Assembly (NCBI RefSeq): GCF_006345805.1
Contig: NC_043004.1
Coordinates: 83,328,001-83,392,000, forward strand
Direction: 5' to 3'
Source: Octopus sinensis
Taxonomy: Eukaryota
Length of the DNA: 64,000 nucleotides
In this document: positions 27,843 to 41,900 of the stretch, piece by piece
Numbering within the stretch: position 1 is the first letter of the stretch
Layout of the letters: every line of letters begins with the position of its first letter
Translations under genes and position numbers: made by a program
The notes under the pieces: model-generated
The model's input: the letters and a program-made list of their open reading frames with translations, nothing else
What the model was told of the DNA's origin: nothing
Databases searched by the model: none

Positions 27843-27989
27843 TCGAAAATACCTTAGCAATGAGAACCCAGATTCGAAATTTCCCCAAGACACCTGATGA
27901 AGGCTGGAGGGTATATCAGCCGAAACGTTGTGTTAACAACAAACAAGATGAGGGCAAATATCCTTGAAATGTAGATAATGTAAATAATG

Positions 27990-28640
27990 ATCAAGATATT
28001 GTCATTCAACGCAAACAAATTTTATTTTTCAACATAGTCCTCAATGCGATGTACACATTTCTTCCTCCGGTCTTGCAATGCTTAGAACCCGTTGGTGAAG
28101 AAGCTTCTATCCTGTTGGTAAAAAAACTGTCATCAACAGTATATATGACGTAATAATCATTGAGATATTGTTTCCAGGCGAAGTGTTTTTCATGTTGATG
28201 AATAGATTATAGCCAGAATAGACCAAAGCAGGTGGATAGGGATAGTGATTAATCAGTTCGAAGCCACAGTCAAGCATAGCATCCATTGAATCGTAGTATT
28301 TGTGTCCTGGGACGTTGTCCTGGTGAAACAAGTCCCCTTTCGTCAGTTTTCCTGGTCGTTTGGTCTTCATAGCGTTTCGTAGCTTTTTCAGCAGCTTTGC
28401 ATAGAAAGCTCCTTTAATTGTGTAACCGTTTTGAAGATAGTCAATTATCACAAAACTTTTGCATCCTCAAAAACTGAGGTCATCATCCCCTCTACAAATG
28501 AAAGGTCCTTGGCCTTCATTGGAGCAGGAGATGAGGAGCGCTTCTCTATAATGGATTGGCTCCCTCAGACAAACATCCGCGAAAACGTAAGCATACGCAC
28601 ACGTGAGGTTTGGTGCACTCATGAACACAAAGCGAGTTAT
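27990..28640 (-). mobile_element. mariner transposase relic
   Basis: IDYLQNGYTIKGAFYAKLLKKLRNAMKTKRPGKL...FHQDNVPGH...HYPYPPAL matches mariner DDD-domain motifs. Confidence 0.85.
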
Positions 28641-28789
28641 CTACTTGGTGTTTGTAAGAATGGGGAGGTAAAAAGTAGACTTCAGTCATCCATACCTTAA
28701 CGTAAATCAAATTATTTTTAACGGTTACTCAAAATTCGTTCCCACTGCATTGTGCGAAAGTACGTTTATATGTGTGTAGGCATCTTGAG

Positions 28790-30560
28790 AGTCTTTCAGA
28801 AATTCTTTTAATGATCTTCTCGTTAGTCAACAAAATAGACATGGATTACTCAGAACAGAGACGGCATCTCCAGGATATTATATTGTATGGTTTCGCGTGT
28901 CTTACCATGAACCAACTTATGTTTCACTTCCTTTTAACCTCATTAAGTTGCCATACAAAATCTGCCAAAGATGTTGAATGTCTCTTATTGATTGTCTTAA
29001 AGCTGGCAACATGGTTACGATAACGATTGTTAGATAAATCAACTGTCTTCCCAATGTAAATATAGAGCCCTCCTTTTGTCTGCACGATACGATTACATAC
29101 AAGACTTTTACTCATCAGAGTATATTTTGATTTTTCTCTGCATGAGCATTTATCGTATTCATTTGTATATAAGGCGTACCGTTTCCATTTACCGAGGTTT
29201 TTACCGTGTTAGCTGTATCATAAGTATTTCTACTACTACGATTTGGTCGCAGTAGGTGTTTATAGTTGCGATTTATATATCGTTGGTTTGTATTTAAACG
29301 CATATGTTCGCTAGATATAATAGGTGGGATATTGAACCTTTGCCGCATTTCGCTATTGTTTACGCGTTGCATAAGCTGCTCTAAATTAGCAGAATTGCCG
29401 TAGGATAAGGTCTCGGTGTGCCGATTAACAATAGCATGATGCCGATTTGATTTAGGAAAACATTTGTCCAAAGCAACAAATAATTTTCCAGCGATCTTGG
29501 TTGAAACATGGCAACTGAAAATATGTGTTGTACAGGATTGGAACAAGCATTTGGATTATTATGTCGCGTGTGTCTCTGAGTTTTCGTTGGTAATTCATTG
29601 ATATGACCAATTCTTACTAGCCTGTATTCTCTATCCGAGTGAATTCTAAAACCGTGACGTTGTGGTGGTGTACAATGTGTATTACAATTGGAGGAATTAC
29701 CATTGTTTTTTATGCCTGCTTTTTGTGTATATTGAATTTTTCATGGTACCTAGCCCTGGATAAAGCAGCATTATGATAAGTTGCATGAGATTCCAAAATT
29801 TTATTAACAGATAATCTAGACATTCTTGTAGAACTATTCTTAACTCGTCCCCGTATAATCGAGTTGGAGGTTACGTTTATGTACTTAATAGGATCGTTTG
29901 GTTTATGAAATGCTTCAAAAATCCACAATCATGACAGAAGGTAGCGTCAAGAAAACTCACTCTACGTTTATCTTTATCCATAGTAATGTTTAGTCCTAAA
30001 ATTTTAGAAAATCTAAAGAAATTTTTCCTATGCCTTTCTAACTGTACTTCGCTACTTCTGTCCACAAAAATAAGGCGTCATCCCTATATAACCCCCCTGT
30101 TATTTCTGGAAAGGAAAACTGAATTAATGAAAAGATATATATTCCGACTACGTCAGTGAACTGAGCAGAATCATATGAGTCGATTGCTATATCAAATGCA
30201 TTCTCCGTATCTAGTCTATTTCATAATCTACCATCACAATATGCTAGAGAGAGTGGTTCGCACGGCAAGTATAATATCTGTTTCGTGTCGGGACAAATTA
30301 AGGGTTAATTAACAACAATCAGGTTAATAGTAGCATAATAGCTCTCTATATTTAGTTCCATGAATTTACTGTTCTTACTAGTTTATAGAAGCTTAAACCA
30401 TCATGAGTATCAGACTAGAGGGCTAATCTAATTTAATACTTAAGGGTGGGTTACATTACCCTATCAATTAATTTTCCTAATAATGCCTATATCGGATTTA
30501 GAAGGGCAAATCAGTCGATAAGAAATTGCCCCATGTAGTTTGACCGATGGCATTTATACA
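28790..30560 (-). mobile_element. Penelope-like element relic (RT plus GIY-YIG)
   Basis: The minus strand encodes FDIAIDSYDSAQFTDVVGIYI...GLYRDDAL, FHKPNDPIKYINVTSN and IYIGKT...RYRNHVASFK...HSTSLADFVW, with many disruptions. Confidence 0.8.
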
Positions 30561-30998
30561 TCCATATTTGTTAACCGTTATTTTCAATACTTTTCTCGCT
30601 GGATTGCGTGTTCGTTTTTTTTTTCCATCTGTGATTTTACTTTTGATTATCTATATAAATGAAGATATTCTCTCCGACTGGCTGCTTTTGTTTCTACAAA
30701 ATGAGAAGAGACATTGCAGAACAGTTATTTTAACGAGTTGTTTTTATTTATCACTGGACGAAATACATTTGCATCGCCAGATGCTCCTGAAACAGTTGTT
30801 GAGTGTCCCAACCATGAGGGATCGATTCTAGATGTGTCGAAACAATTGTTGCGATTAATAATAAATTCTCGTATATTCCACCTTCCTGTCTTTCATTTGC
30901 CATATACATATAGATTACTACGAAAGTGACCGTGATTTACCAGTAAACTACCAGGTGTAAACCATTCGTTTTTTATCCATTATATATATGTATATATA

Positions 30999-31861
30999 TC
31001 TTTATATATATAAAACTGAGAATGTGTGTCTGTCTGTCTGTCTGTCTGTCTGTGTGTTTCTCCAAAACCTGAGAACTACACAACCAATTTCATTCAAATT
31101 TTACATATGCCTTACTTAGGGTCCGGGAAGTGTCATCGCCAAAAAATTTCAACTTTTTGCCTAGGGCAAGCTAACAGCAATAACATACCTTCTCCACTAC
31201 GATTCCCTAAAACTTGAGAACTACACAACCAATTTCATTCAAATTTTACACCTTACTTAGGGTCTATGTAGTTTCATGGGCAAAAAAATGTTCAACTTCT
31301 TGCCTAGAGCGAGCCCATAGCAATATCATATCTTCCCCACTATTTAAGTATTACGTATTAAAAGTGAAACAAAAATATTTCTCTATTTTATGTCAAATGC
31401 TTTCACTTTAACAATAAAAATAATAATAACAATTGAATTATATGTAGTAAGTAATAATTAAAATCAAACTAAAGTATAATATAAGTAAAAATAGCAATTG
31501 GTATAAAATTGCATCAATGATTTGAACTTGAATAAGTGGTTTCACATGAATGGGAATTAAATTAAAAATAAAATTAGCGTGCAGAAATGGAATAGTCCAG
31601 ATGGATAATAAAAACTTTAATTAAAGAAAAGACTATTGTCTATAAAGTATACAATGTAGAGAAAAAAGAAGAGCTAACAATTCCAGTCTGTTATATATTT
31701 TGAGTATTGTTATCACTAGCGATATCAAGATATAACTTTGTATTTTGCGTTTTATGTGTAGATGTATATATATAGATGTACATGTAATATGTACACATAT
31801 ATATACACATATATACATGCACTAGCACTATGGCCCGGCAACGACGGGTTTTTAATGTTAG
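30999..31861 (+). mobile_element. Non-autonomous Helitron-like element
   Basis: Starts A|TCtttatatatataaaac followed by (TGTC)n. Ends with hairpin CCCGGCAACGACGGG and TTAG|T. Confidence 0.55.
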
Positions 31862-31881
31862 TATATATATATATATACATC

Positions 31882-31962
<81 letters not shown>

Positions 31963-31987
31963 ATTTATGTATGTATGTATGTGAGTC

Positions 31988-32049
<62 letters not shown>

Positions 32050-32178
32050 TATATATTTATCGCTCTCTCTCTATATATATATGTATATATATAAATATAT
32101 TATATATATAGATACATCTACATATATTTGTATGTCTACACATATACATATATTTATATATATTCATATATATGTATG

Positions 32179-32227
<49 letters not shown>

Positions 32228-32270
32228 GTATGTATGTATGTATTTATGTATGTATACACACACATACAAA

Positions 32271-32345
<75 letters not shown>

Positions 32346-32507
32346 TTATCGCCATACTAATATGGCATTCTTATAAAAATAAGAATAAAGCTGACCGCTT
32401 ATTAGCTCCATGAGGCAATCGCCTTAAGTTAGCTATTTGATACACAAACTGTATCCATATAACCTTTGAACAAGGGAGGTCAGTCGCTCCACACTACTTG
32501 GCCGGCA

Positions 32508-32549
32508 GCTACAGACGCGTTTCGGGGTATTGCCCCTTTTCAATGCAGC
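32508..32549 (-). ncRNA. Minimal type I hammerhead ribozyme motif (U3-A8 core variant), inverted copy
   Basis: Same as the 32879 copy but with a perfect GGGG/CCCC stem II. Confidence 0.65.
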
Positions 32550-32878
32550 GTAGCCAAACCAGTAGGTGTCGCTTCCGACAATCTCTGTTCAAAGGTTTTA
32601 TTTACCTAGCTTCGGTGGAATACATCCACTTGTTTTCAATAATAGAAATATTAAAATTACTAATAAGCGGTCAGCTTTATTCTTATTTTTATAAGAATGC
32701 CATATTAGTATGGCGATAACTAATATTTTCCGGGAACGCTGCCGTTGTTCTCTTTTAGAGAGACTTAGTAATTTTAATATTTCTATTATTGAAAACAAGT
32801 GGATGTATTCCACCGAAGCTAGGTAAATAAAACCTTTGAACAGAGATTGTCGGAAGCGACACCTACTGGTTTGGCTAC

Positions 32879-32920
32879 GCTGCATTGAAAAGGGACAATA
32901 CCCCGAAACGCGTCTGTAGC
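32879..32920 (+). ncRNA. Minimal type I hammerhead ribozyme motif (U3-A8 core variant)
   Basis: GCTGCA-TTGAAAA-GGGAcaataCCCC-GAAACGCGTC-TGTAGC. Stem I is 6 bp, stem II is 3 bp, stem III is the palindrome ACGCGT, and the cleavage triplet is GUC. Confidence 0.6.
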
Positions 32921-34211
32921 TGCCGGCCAAGTAGTGTGGAGCGACTGACCTCCCTTGTTCAAAGGTTATATGGATACAGATTGTGTATCAAATAGCTAAC
33001 TTAAGGCGATGGCCTCATGGAGCTAATAAGCGGTCAGCTTTATTCTTATTTTTATAAGAATGCCATATTAGTATGGCGATAACTAATATTTTCCGGGAAC
33101 GCTGCCGTTGTTCTCTTTTAGAGAGACTTAGTAATTTTAATATTTCTATTATATATATATATATATATATGTATGTATTTATGTATGTATACACACACAT
33201 ACAAAATTCCTTTTAAGGAGTGGAGAAAATTTAAACTTCGCCTAGCGTAGGGTCAGACTGAATGTCCGTTGACGTTTTGTTTTCCATTCTATCCACGATT
33301 TTTTTACGGTTTTGTGTACCGCTTTTTCTGTATCAGTGTAAAGCATATCCTTTGATTAATATGATTTGTTTATATTTCATATTTCTTTTTATTTTCTGAT
33401 TCTCTGTAAATCACTTTATTATGATTCTTCATAGGTCACTTTATACGAGAAATCCTCAACATTTTAACCCAGTGCTCTACTTTATCCCTCGTGTAAAGGG
33501 GTAGCGAAATACAGTTACAAAAATATATTCTAATCGAAATAAGCTAACCGGTGATTGAAAAACGAGGTATCTTTTGGAAAATCATCGGATGAGACACATC
33601 TGCATCTATGATGCTCCGGAACATTTTGTAAATCCTCCCACTCGCTTGGCACAGGTACGCGATGGGTGGAATCGATCTTAGTCGATATTAAAGAGTCGCG
33701 TGAATTCCATTTGCATTTTTCTCATACTTTATCAACCCTTCAAACACGAAGAAATTCCTGAAGTAAATAAAATTACGTTTTCCTCCATCATTTCGAAGAC
33801 ATCAGTTAGCAGAATATAGTGAACGGGCTTCACACAGCGTATAACAAAATGTATGCCCAAAAACACACTCACATATACGTATGTAACACTCACCGAGAAC
33901 AATAAACTTTCTAAAATGCATGAGGAAATTTGAAAGATTACTGTAGACCAACGGTAGAATATCTCCTTTGCTTACAAGTCATGTCAGTTTCCGTCCTATG
34001 GCAGCCTTCGAAATTTGGAAGTGACTTGTAAAGATAATTATTCTTAGCTATTATTTGTAGCTTTATCTGCTTTGACTTTTATTGTTACATAAAAGAAGTC
34101 TTTTACGTCCTCCATGTCCTCTCGAATTTCTAAATTTTAGGACCTCACACACATGCGCGTACACACACGCGCGCACACACACACACATACATACATACAT
34201 ACATACATACA

Positions 34212-34278
<67 letters not shown>

Positions 34279-34425
34279 AGTTACCTCGGTGTGCAACAAT
34301 AAGAAAGTTTTGATACAACCACATACATACATATATACATACATACAAACATACATACAACCACATACATACATACACACATACATACATACATACATGC
34401 ATACATACATACATACATACATACA

Positions 34426-34456
<31 letters not shown>

Positions 34457-34489
34457 GCAATCATGCATACATGCATACATATAAATATA

Positions 34490-35331
34490 TTGGGTCATTC
34501 CCTATCGAAGGGGTTGGGATAAACTACCTGCATCAACTTGCTACAACAGCAGGTAGTAATGTTATCTTGTCCCTATTCTTAGTGCAAGTTTTGAAGAGTG
34601 TAGTTCGATTTTAACAGTAATTTTTCCAAAACTATAATGGAAGTGACAAAGAAGCATAATCGGCATATTTTACTTAATAATTTCAATAAAAGCAACAACG
34701 CAACGGAACCTTGCGAGGAATCTTAATGCAGTACATGGGGATCGGACAATAAGCGTAAACCGATGTCAACGGTGGTTTCAGAAATTCCGAGCAAGAAGCT
34801 AGAGCCTAGAAAACGAGCATCTGTAGAGGTTGGCGAAGACGTCTTGCAAACCCGGTTGGAACAAAATCCCATTGTAACTGTTTGGAACTACAGAGAAGCT
34901 TGGATTTGGTCATTCAACCACTCATCGCCACCTGTGCTAGAAGGAAAACGACCATCTTTGGTTTCAAGACGTAAGGTGATCTTCCATCAGGATAATGCTT
35001 GGCCACATACAGCGAGGATGACGTTCAAAAGTCTGCTTTGAATAGGAAAAGATGCCCCACCTACTATATTCGCCGGACATTGCTGCATCTGAGTAGCATT
35101 TATTCCAGTCTTCAAAATCACTTGCACGGTAAAAATATGAATTCTGTAGACGAGGTCAGAACAGTACTGGGGGAGCAGTTTTCGTCACGGTCAATTGAAA
35201 TTCGGACGACGGGCCTTACCAGATAGATGGAAGAGCATTGTAGAAAATGAAGGAGAGTATACCTAAAATCTATCTGAATTTTGAAAAATAAGAGTAGTAT
35301 AAAAAACCGCATTATTTATGGGATGACCCAA
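34490..35331 (+). mobile_element. Internally deleted mariner element with TIRs
   Basis: TIRs ttgggtcattccct / atgggatgacccaa flanked by TA. Encodes MEVTKKHNRHILL and IFHQDNAWPH remnants. Confidence 0.85.
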
Positions 35332-35334
35332 TAT

Positions 35335-35379
<45 letters not shown>

Positions 35380-35463
35380 GAAAGTGAGAGGGAGATAAAT
35401 TGACAGCTAGGTAGATATACATGTCGATTTACATTTATTTGCATATACATATTTACACACATA

Positions 35464-35521
<58 letters not shown>

Positions 35522-35589
35522 ATCTTCGGATTCTTTTTAATATGCCAGACCACTGGTTTTAATTGATAAATATCAATTTCTACCCTTAA

Positions 35590-35644
<55 letters not shown>

Positions 35645-35977
35645 GCCCGTCGTCCGAATTTCAACCAGTTGAATATATAGTTATCACCGTGTCCACTGCC
35701 TTGGGTTGCATTGTAACAGCGTGAGTCTATTATGGTCTTTGCTCTGCTGAGTACTTACTTTTAGCCAGAGTATTATATGTTCGTACAAATAACTCATCAC
35801 ATTCAACATTCTTTCAAATCTATTTCATTGCAGTCACGTCTAGCAGCATATTAGTAGTTTAGAGGGGGGAAACGGTAAGAATATAGCTAAACGCACGGTC
35901 GTAGTTGTTATCGTCACTTGGGTGAGAAAGGTTGTATATAGAGAGAAGAAGAAACGGGGTGTAAGATGGAGGCAATA

Positions 35978-36363
35978 TCTTTATATATAAAACTGTAGTT
36001 GTCTGTCCCCTTCGATTTAGATTCCTAACTACTCCCACATTTTGCGGTGCAGTTTAACCAAAACCGGGTATCTTATAGTCGTGATTCATTTCAAGCCCTT
36101 CTGTGTATTAGCGCGCGTCTACGATGAGTCTAGGATTTTAAAAATAATTTACCATCATTTTTTTCCATTTTCATGCATATTTTTTTAAAGGGAAGTAACT
36201 CTCTAAAAATGTCTACGATGAGTCAACGATTAAAAAAAAATTTACCATCATATTTTTTCCATTTTTAATGCATTTTTTTGTTATTTTTTTGGCTATAACT
36301 CTCTAAAAATGCTGTATAGTTACTTCCCTTACAAACCCGAGCAACGCCGGGCGATACTACTAG
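35978..36363 (+). mobile_element. Non-autonomous Helitron
   Basis: A|TC 5' end, internal inverted motif aagggaagtaact/agttacttccctt, 3' hairpin CCCGAGCAACGCCGGG and CTAG|T. Confidence 0.85.
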
Positions 36364-36818
36364 TTAACAATAAATATTAACATATGACATAAAAGTAGCT
36401 GATGGCTGTTTTAAAAGTTTACGATTAAATCCTGCAAATGGTTAAGCTACACAGAGTATATAAAATTAGTTAAATGTCCGAAAGATTATGTAATTAGCCT
36501 GCTGGATTTGAGAAAATGTCACAACAAATGTTGAAGGAATGTTTGATTCAATCTTAGAAGTTGTAGTACGATAATGTATTCATGTTCTGTGTTTGCTCAA
36601 TAGTTACATTTTTCATAGACAGACAATTAATTTACGATCTATTTTGAGAATGAGGCTATTGGGCGCTGCTGTGTGGAAGCTGACAATTTGGCTCGGCTGA
36701 CTGAAAATTCAGCAAGTTTTGGAGATTGTAGGTTTCTGCGCTGGAGGCAAACAGACGCGCATGCGTGCGTAACAGTTATATACACATACACATACTAAGA
36801 TTGAGAGAGACTTGTATG

Positions 36819-36863
<45 letters not shown>

Positions 36864-37465
36864 GAATGGAGGGAGAGAGAGAGACGGGGGAAGAGTCATT
36901 ACAATTAATTTATTAGCTGAACGCTAATGACATAGACACACTCACGTATTCTCATGCACGTAAAATATGATATGCTGACACACATAAACAGAGATAGGGA
37001 AAGAGGGAGGGTAAAAGAGAGAAGAGGGTGAGAGCAAAAGAAGAAAGAACGAGAGAAGCATTCAAAAGTTTGATGTCAAATCAGCGTTGAATAAGCAATG
37101 CCGAACAGATTCTGCGAGATAGCATCATACCCGGCCTTATTATCTCGTGTGTAACGCAGTAGAGTCAGAGTATAGCTTTTTTTCTGAAATTTTACTCCAG
37201 GCACTATCATCTCGTAGTTCTAGCGTGTTTCTGGCTTCTGTAGTTTATCTATTGACAAGTTCGATTTGGTGCGTGTTGAATACTGATGCCTGATTAATGA
37301 AATGTTAAACCTACGCACAAAGTTGTCCGCATTGTCTTTTTTTTTTTTTCAGAAAGATGAGTTTGCACAGCAAACATATATTTATTCTATTTACTGGTTT
37401 CAGCTTTTGTGATGTGTTTTTTTGTGAATGTTAACAAACAGATATATAGATATGCACTACAGGGT

Positions 37466-37535
<70 letters not shown>

Positions 37536-37542
37536 TATATAG

Positions 37543-37590
<48 letters not shown>

Positions 37591-37672
37591 ATAATAAATA
37601 TTAGGGAATAAATCCAAATTTACAGGGAAAAAATCAGATTTAGGATTAAATCCAATTTTATAGTAAAATATT

Positions 37673-37845
37673 ATATAATATTAATAGAGAGAAAACCACT
37701 ATTTTGTAAAACAAACAAGGAAAGACTTAATCAATACATAAAATTTTAATAAAAAGTAAAAAATATTTTTTACTTTTTATTAAAATTTAACGTATTGATT
37801 AAGTCTTTCCTTGTTTGTTTTACAAAATACTGGTTTTGTCTCTAA

Positions 37846-37858
<13 letters not shown>
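37673..37858. repeat. Near-perfect 186-bp AT-rich palindrome
   Basis: Centred on aaaaaatatttttt (about 37765). Arms include ttttgtaaaacaaacaaggaaagacttaatcaatac and its reverse complement. Confidence 0.85.
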
Positions 37859-37891
<33 letters not shown>

Positions 37892-40800
37892 TATATGTAT
37901 ATATACATTTACACACACGCACACACACACACACACACACACACGCACATATATATATATACATACATACATATATATATGCATATATTCATGCATATAT
38001 GAGTTCAGAACGTCACAAACAGTGCAAATAATATGAAATACGTAAATAGCGTGAAAATTATTGTAAACAGGGCAAGTATACACAGAGAAAAGATCCTTCC
38101 TCAGTAGTCGGCTGTCTATCTACTCCTTATTTTGATATTTCAATGATAATATGAGTCTTCAAAGACAGACGATTCCATAAATTCTAAAATAAAATTTAGG
38201 ATTTATGGAGGGCCAAAGTCGGGAACATATACATGACAGTGGAGACATACAAGGTAACCGAACGAAAACAAACATGGAGGGTCATTAGACCAGAGCGAGA
38301 AGAACATAGTGAATGCTAGGTGAAACATTTATTTTTAAAGATAAATGATAGAAGAGGGAGAGAAAAAAAACATGTCCGTTCTTTTGAACGCCTGTGCAGG
38401 AAATGAAAGATTGTCACATGCATAAAAGAAAGATGGGCGATGGTCATGTGTGAGCAACAAGAGAGAGTGAGAGATAAGAGAAAGAGGGGGAGATATAGCT
38501 AGATAGAGACACAGAGAGAAAGAGAAATAGAAAACAATGAATAAAGGAGAGGCGAAAACGGGAATTAGAGAGGGATAGAGGAAGAAAGCAATAGAAAGTA
38601 GAGAGTCGCATCAAAAAGGTGAATATAAACTTACTTGGAAATGGATGCGTCGCGTTCAATTAATTGATATAATGTAATATAATGTAATATAATATAATAT
38701 AGAATAATACACACACACACACATATATATACACACACACACACATATATATATATACACACACAAACATACTTATGCACGGTAGCTTTGAACTTTTGGT
38801 TTTGGTTATTCAGCTACATAGCAAGGAAATAGATACAATATTGGAAATATGTTTTGCCTTGAATTAAATAAACTACACAATGAGTTTTTAGTTAGCATTT
38901 AATTTAATCAAAATTCAGAACTTTTTTTTACCCTTTTCATATTTGTAAACATTATTGATTTGAAATAGTTCTATATGACAACGACAAACTAAAGTTACTT
39001 TTTACTTGTTTAGAATTGGCAAAGAAAAGAAAAAAGTGCCAATGCATCCACATATTTAGAAATATAAACATAAACAGAAATATTTCATAAATTTTGATAA
39101 ATTGTTTTTAAGATATTTGATAAAAAGAAACATGCAAACATAAACATCTTTATTGACAAACAAGTATTCACATACAAAACTATTCCAATATATCTTCACT
39201 TGCTGTCGTTTTTCATACATTTTTCAGTTGTGTTGAAGTTATTATTTCCAACCAATCCACGTGTGGTGAAATAGATATGCCTTTCTTTTATCTGTTCTGA
39301 TTCTCCTCTTCTGATAACACATTCGATGTCGCGTGATATCATAAGCTAAGAGCAGTCACTGTGCGCTGTTTGAAGTTCAAATACGATCCGTCTGAAATAT
39401 TAGCCGTATTCAAATCACGAACCCGATTAGGTGTTCAGTTTCTTTGCGAGAAGGAGAATCTTTTTTGGAAAATCATTCACTTGTTCTTTGTATGCGATAT
39501 ACACTTTTTCATGAAATTTCATTACGATTCAATTACAATATTTACAATCTTATTATTTTTAAACACCGTTTCACTATTTGCAATGTATTTACAAATTTAT
39601 ACGATTATCTGCAAAGATACATGACAGGTATATCGAGATATATAAATAAAGAATATGCGCAAGCGTAATGCCACAGGCTAATTCTTAGTTATGCGAGAGA
39701 TGACTAAAATTAATAACTTGTTTATATCAGTTCCTAAGCCGTTAAATGAGTTAAATCAACAGATTAATAATTGTATTGGAGAGGAAGTTTAATTTCTGAA
39801 TTAAACAGCAATTATTCCCACAATTACGTGTATTTTCCTGTGATTAATTTTTAATTTTTTCTATTTCTTACATTAGGACATATATTTTTTCAAGATTTGG
39901 TACTAAATTATGTGTACTTGTATTATGATCTAAGAGTGGAGACATCGATTAAGTACAAAGGATATGTATTAGATGAAGCAAAGTGGCTGAAACGACAAAC
40001 TTTTGATGAAACCACTGGCGCAGGTTGCCTGACAGTGTAACAAATATTCAATCTAGGAGTTTTCAATTGGTGGTTATTTAGTAAATAAATAAATAAGTAA
40101 ATAAATGATAGAAACATATATATCTAAAGAGAACATTCCTCTTCATGTATTTAAGATATTTGAAAGTATGGATTAATTTAATGATTCGATGCATGTATAT
40201 ATGCGAACGTTTGCGCGCGTGTGTCTCTGTATGTGTTTAATATTCTTATAATATTTCTCATAAATTTATGAGTTTATAGTTTGGAAGGAAAAATGTTTAT
40301 AAATTTGATTTACAATAATAAATAATACAATGGATAATAATAAAGTAGAGTATATTGTGAAAATAATTATTTTTTCTGATGTATAATGAAATCATTTTTC
40401 ATATATACTTCATCCAATAGAGAAATATTATTACTATATGATGCACATCCTTGACAAACGCCATATTCCCTTGGCAGTGATCATCATATATGGAGGAAAT
40501 TCTTTAAGTTTTAATGTTCAACATTTGGTCTAATGTAAATATTGCGTAAACGTATAAACAAAGGAGAAAACATTTTTCTGACTTCATTGAGACATTGTAT
40601 AATCTGGGGGAAAATATATGATTTTATTAGAGTAGCTGGTGTTAACCATATTTAATGCAGTAATTATTGAAACGCTGACAGTTCAATGACGTACTATTTT
40701 ATCATTGTGTTAAATAAGAGGGATATATTTCGCTCATATTAATTATCGGCAGCGCGTCAAGGACAGCCCTGAATAACCGAAATAATGACGAAAGAGCTTA

Positions 40801-41258
40801 CCAAGATATGTATATTACTTTAGACGAGTAACTGTACCTAAAAATATTTTAGTGCATGAAATTTTAAAGACAAATTCTGCAGTGAGTTAAAGTTATTAAA
40901 GTGTCAGTTATTAAAAAACAAGTGTTCCACGTGTTCGCATATTTGAAATATGGCTGAAACTTCCTCATGTTCTACAGTAGATCATTGTTTTATGTACAGA
41001 ATGTATATTATAACAGCATGTTTTGAAACGCAAAAAATATACAGAAATGTGTTACATTTTAAAACAGAACATAAAATTCTCAAAAAAGTTTCAAACTTAG
41101 TGGTTCTGGACAAGAGAACGCTTAAAAAAAGTACTGAAGTCGATTTAGTCAATATAAGCGGTGCCACAGCATGGCCACAGTTTTATGAATCAATCAAGTA
41201 AAAGAAATTTAGCAAATATGTATGCATACATACAGGCGCCGGCGTGGCATTATAGGCG

Positions 41259-41650
41259 CAGATGTGGCCGAGTGGTAAGAAGTTTGCTACACAAGCACAA
41301 GGTTCTGAGTTCATCCCACTGCGTGGAACCATGGACAAGTGTATTCTACAATAGCCTCTGGCAGACGAAAGCCATGTGAATGGATTTTTAGACGGAAACT
41401 GACAGAAGCCCGTCGCATATATTTATGTATACATCTGTGTGTGTGTGTGTGTCTGTTTGTTTGTTTGCTTACACCCGTCATAACTTGACAACTGATGTTG
41501 GTGTATTTACGACCCAAAATGTAGCAGTTCGGCAATAAATACTAAGCTTACAAACAATAAGTCCTGGGTTCGAGTTCTTCGACTAAAGTCCTTTAAGGCT
41601 GTGCTCCAGCATGGCCGCAGTAAAATGGCTAAGGCAAGTAGAATAATAAA
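41259..41650 (+). mobile_element. CORE-type tRNA-derived SINE (near full length)
   Basis: tRNA-like head (tggccgagtggt ... gttctgagttcatccc), central domain and ccagcatggccgcag tail. Confidence 0.75.
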
Positions 41651-41739
41651 AGAAAACATAGTTACTGTTCATCCAGTATCACAATCAAATTCGTTTTAAG
41701 TGAAGTTTTAATAAATTGTTTCTGACCAATGATTTCATT

Positions 41740-41802
41740 CTAAGTTGTTTCCTTCTTGGTTTGTAAAACGACGATGGCGTAAGTCAACATGATTCCCAGA
41801 AT
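41740..41802 (-). CDS. GRL-C exon 4 (ILGIMLTYAIVVLQTKKETT-stop; TM7b)
   Basis: Acceptor cattttactttattctAG, TAG stop. Contains the canonical GR/OR/GRL signature TYhhhhhQ (TYAIVVLQ). Confidence 0.9.
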   Translation of the reverse strand: MLGIMLTYAIVVLQTKKETT

Positions 41803-41900
41803 CTAGAATAAAGTAAAATGTTTATCAGAATTTTCTCGTTGCATGTGAACACCTCACTACCACACACAGGCACGTGTGTGTCTATCTATCTATCTATCTA

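Larger units (their letters stand above)
32341..33150. mobile_element. Inverted/tandem pseudo-LTR-like structure with two minimal hammerhead motifs
   Basis: 32341-32659 is an almost perfect reverse complement of about 32766-33086. 32660-32790 is repeated directly at about 33025-33150. Embedded in (TA)n. Confidence 0.8.

Noticed and set aside
38800-40950. Repeat-poor stretch with short ORFs (39361..39624, 39444..39668) and acceptor-like sites
   Set aside because: No GRL homology or consistent exon structure. It may be regulatory or lncRNA, but there is no evidence from sequence alone.
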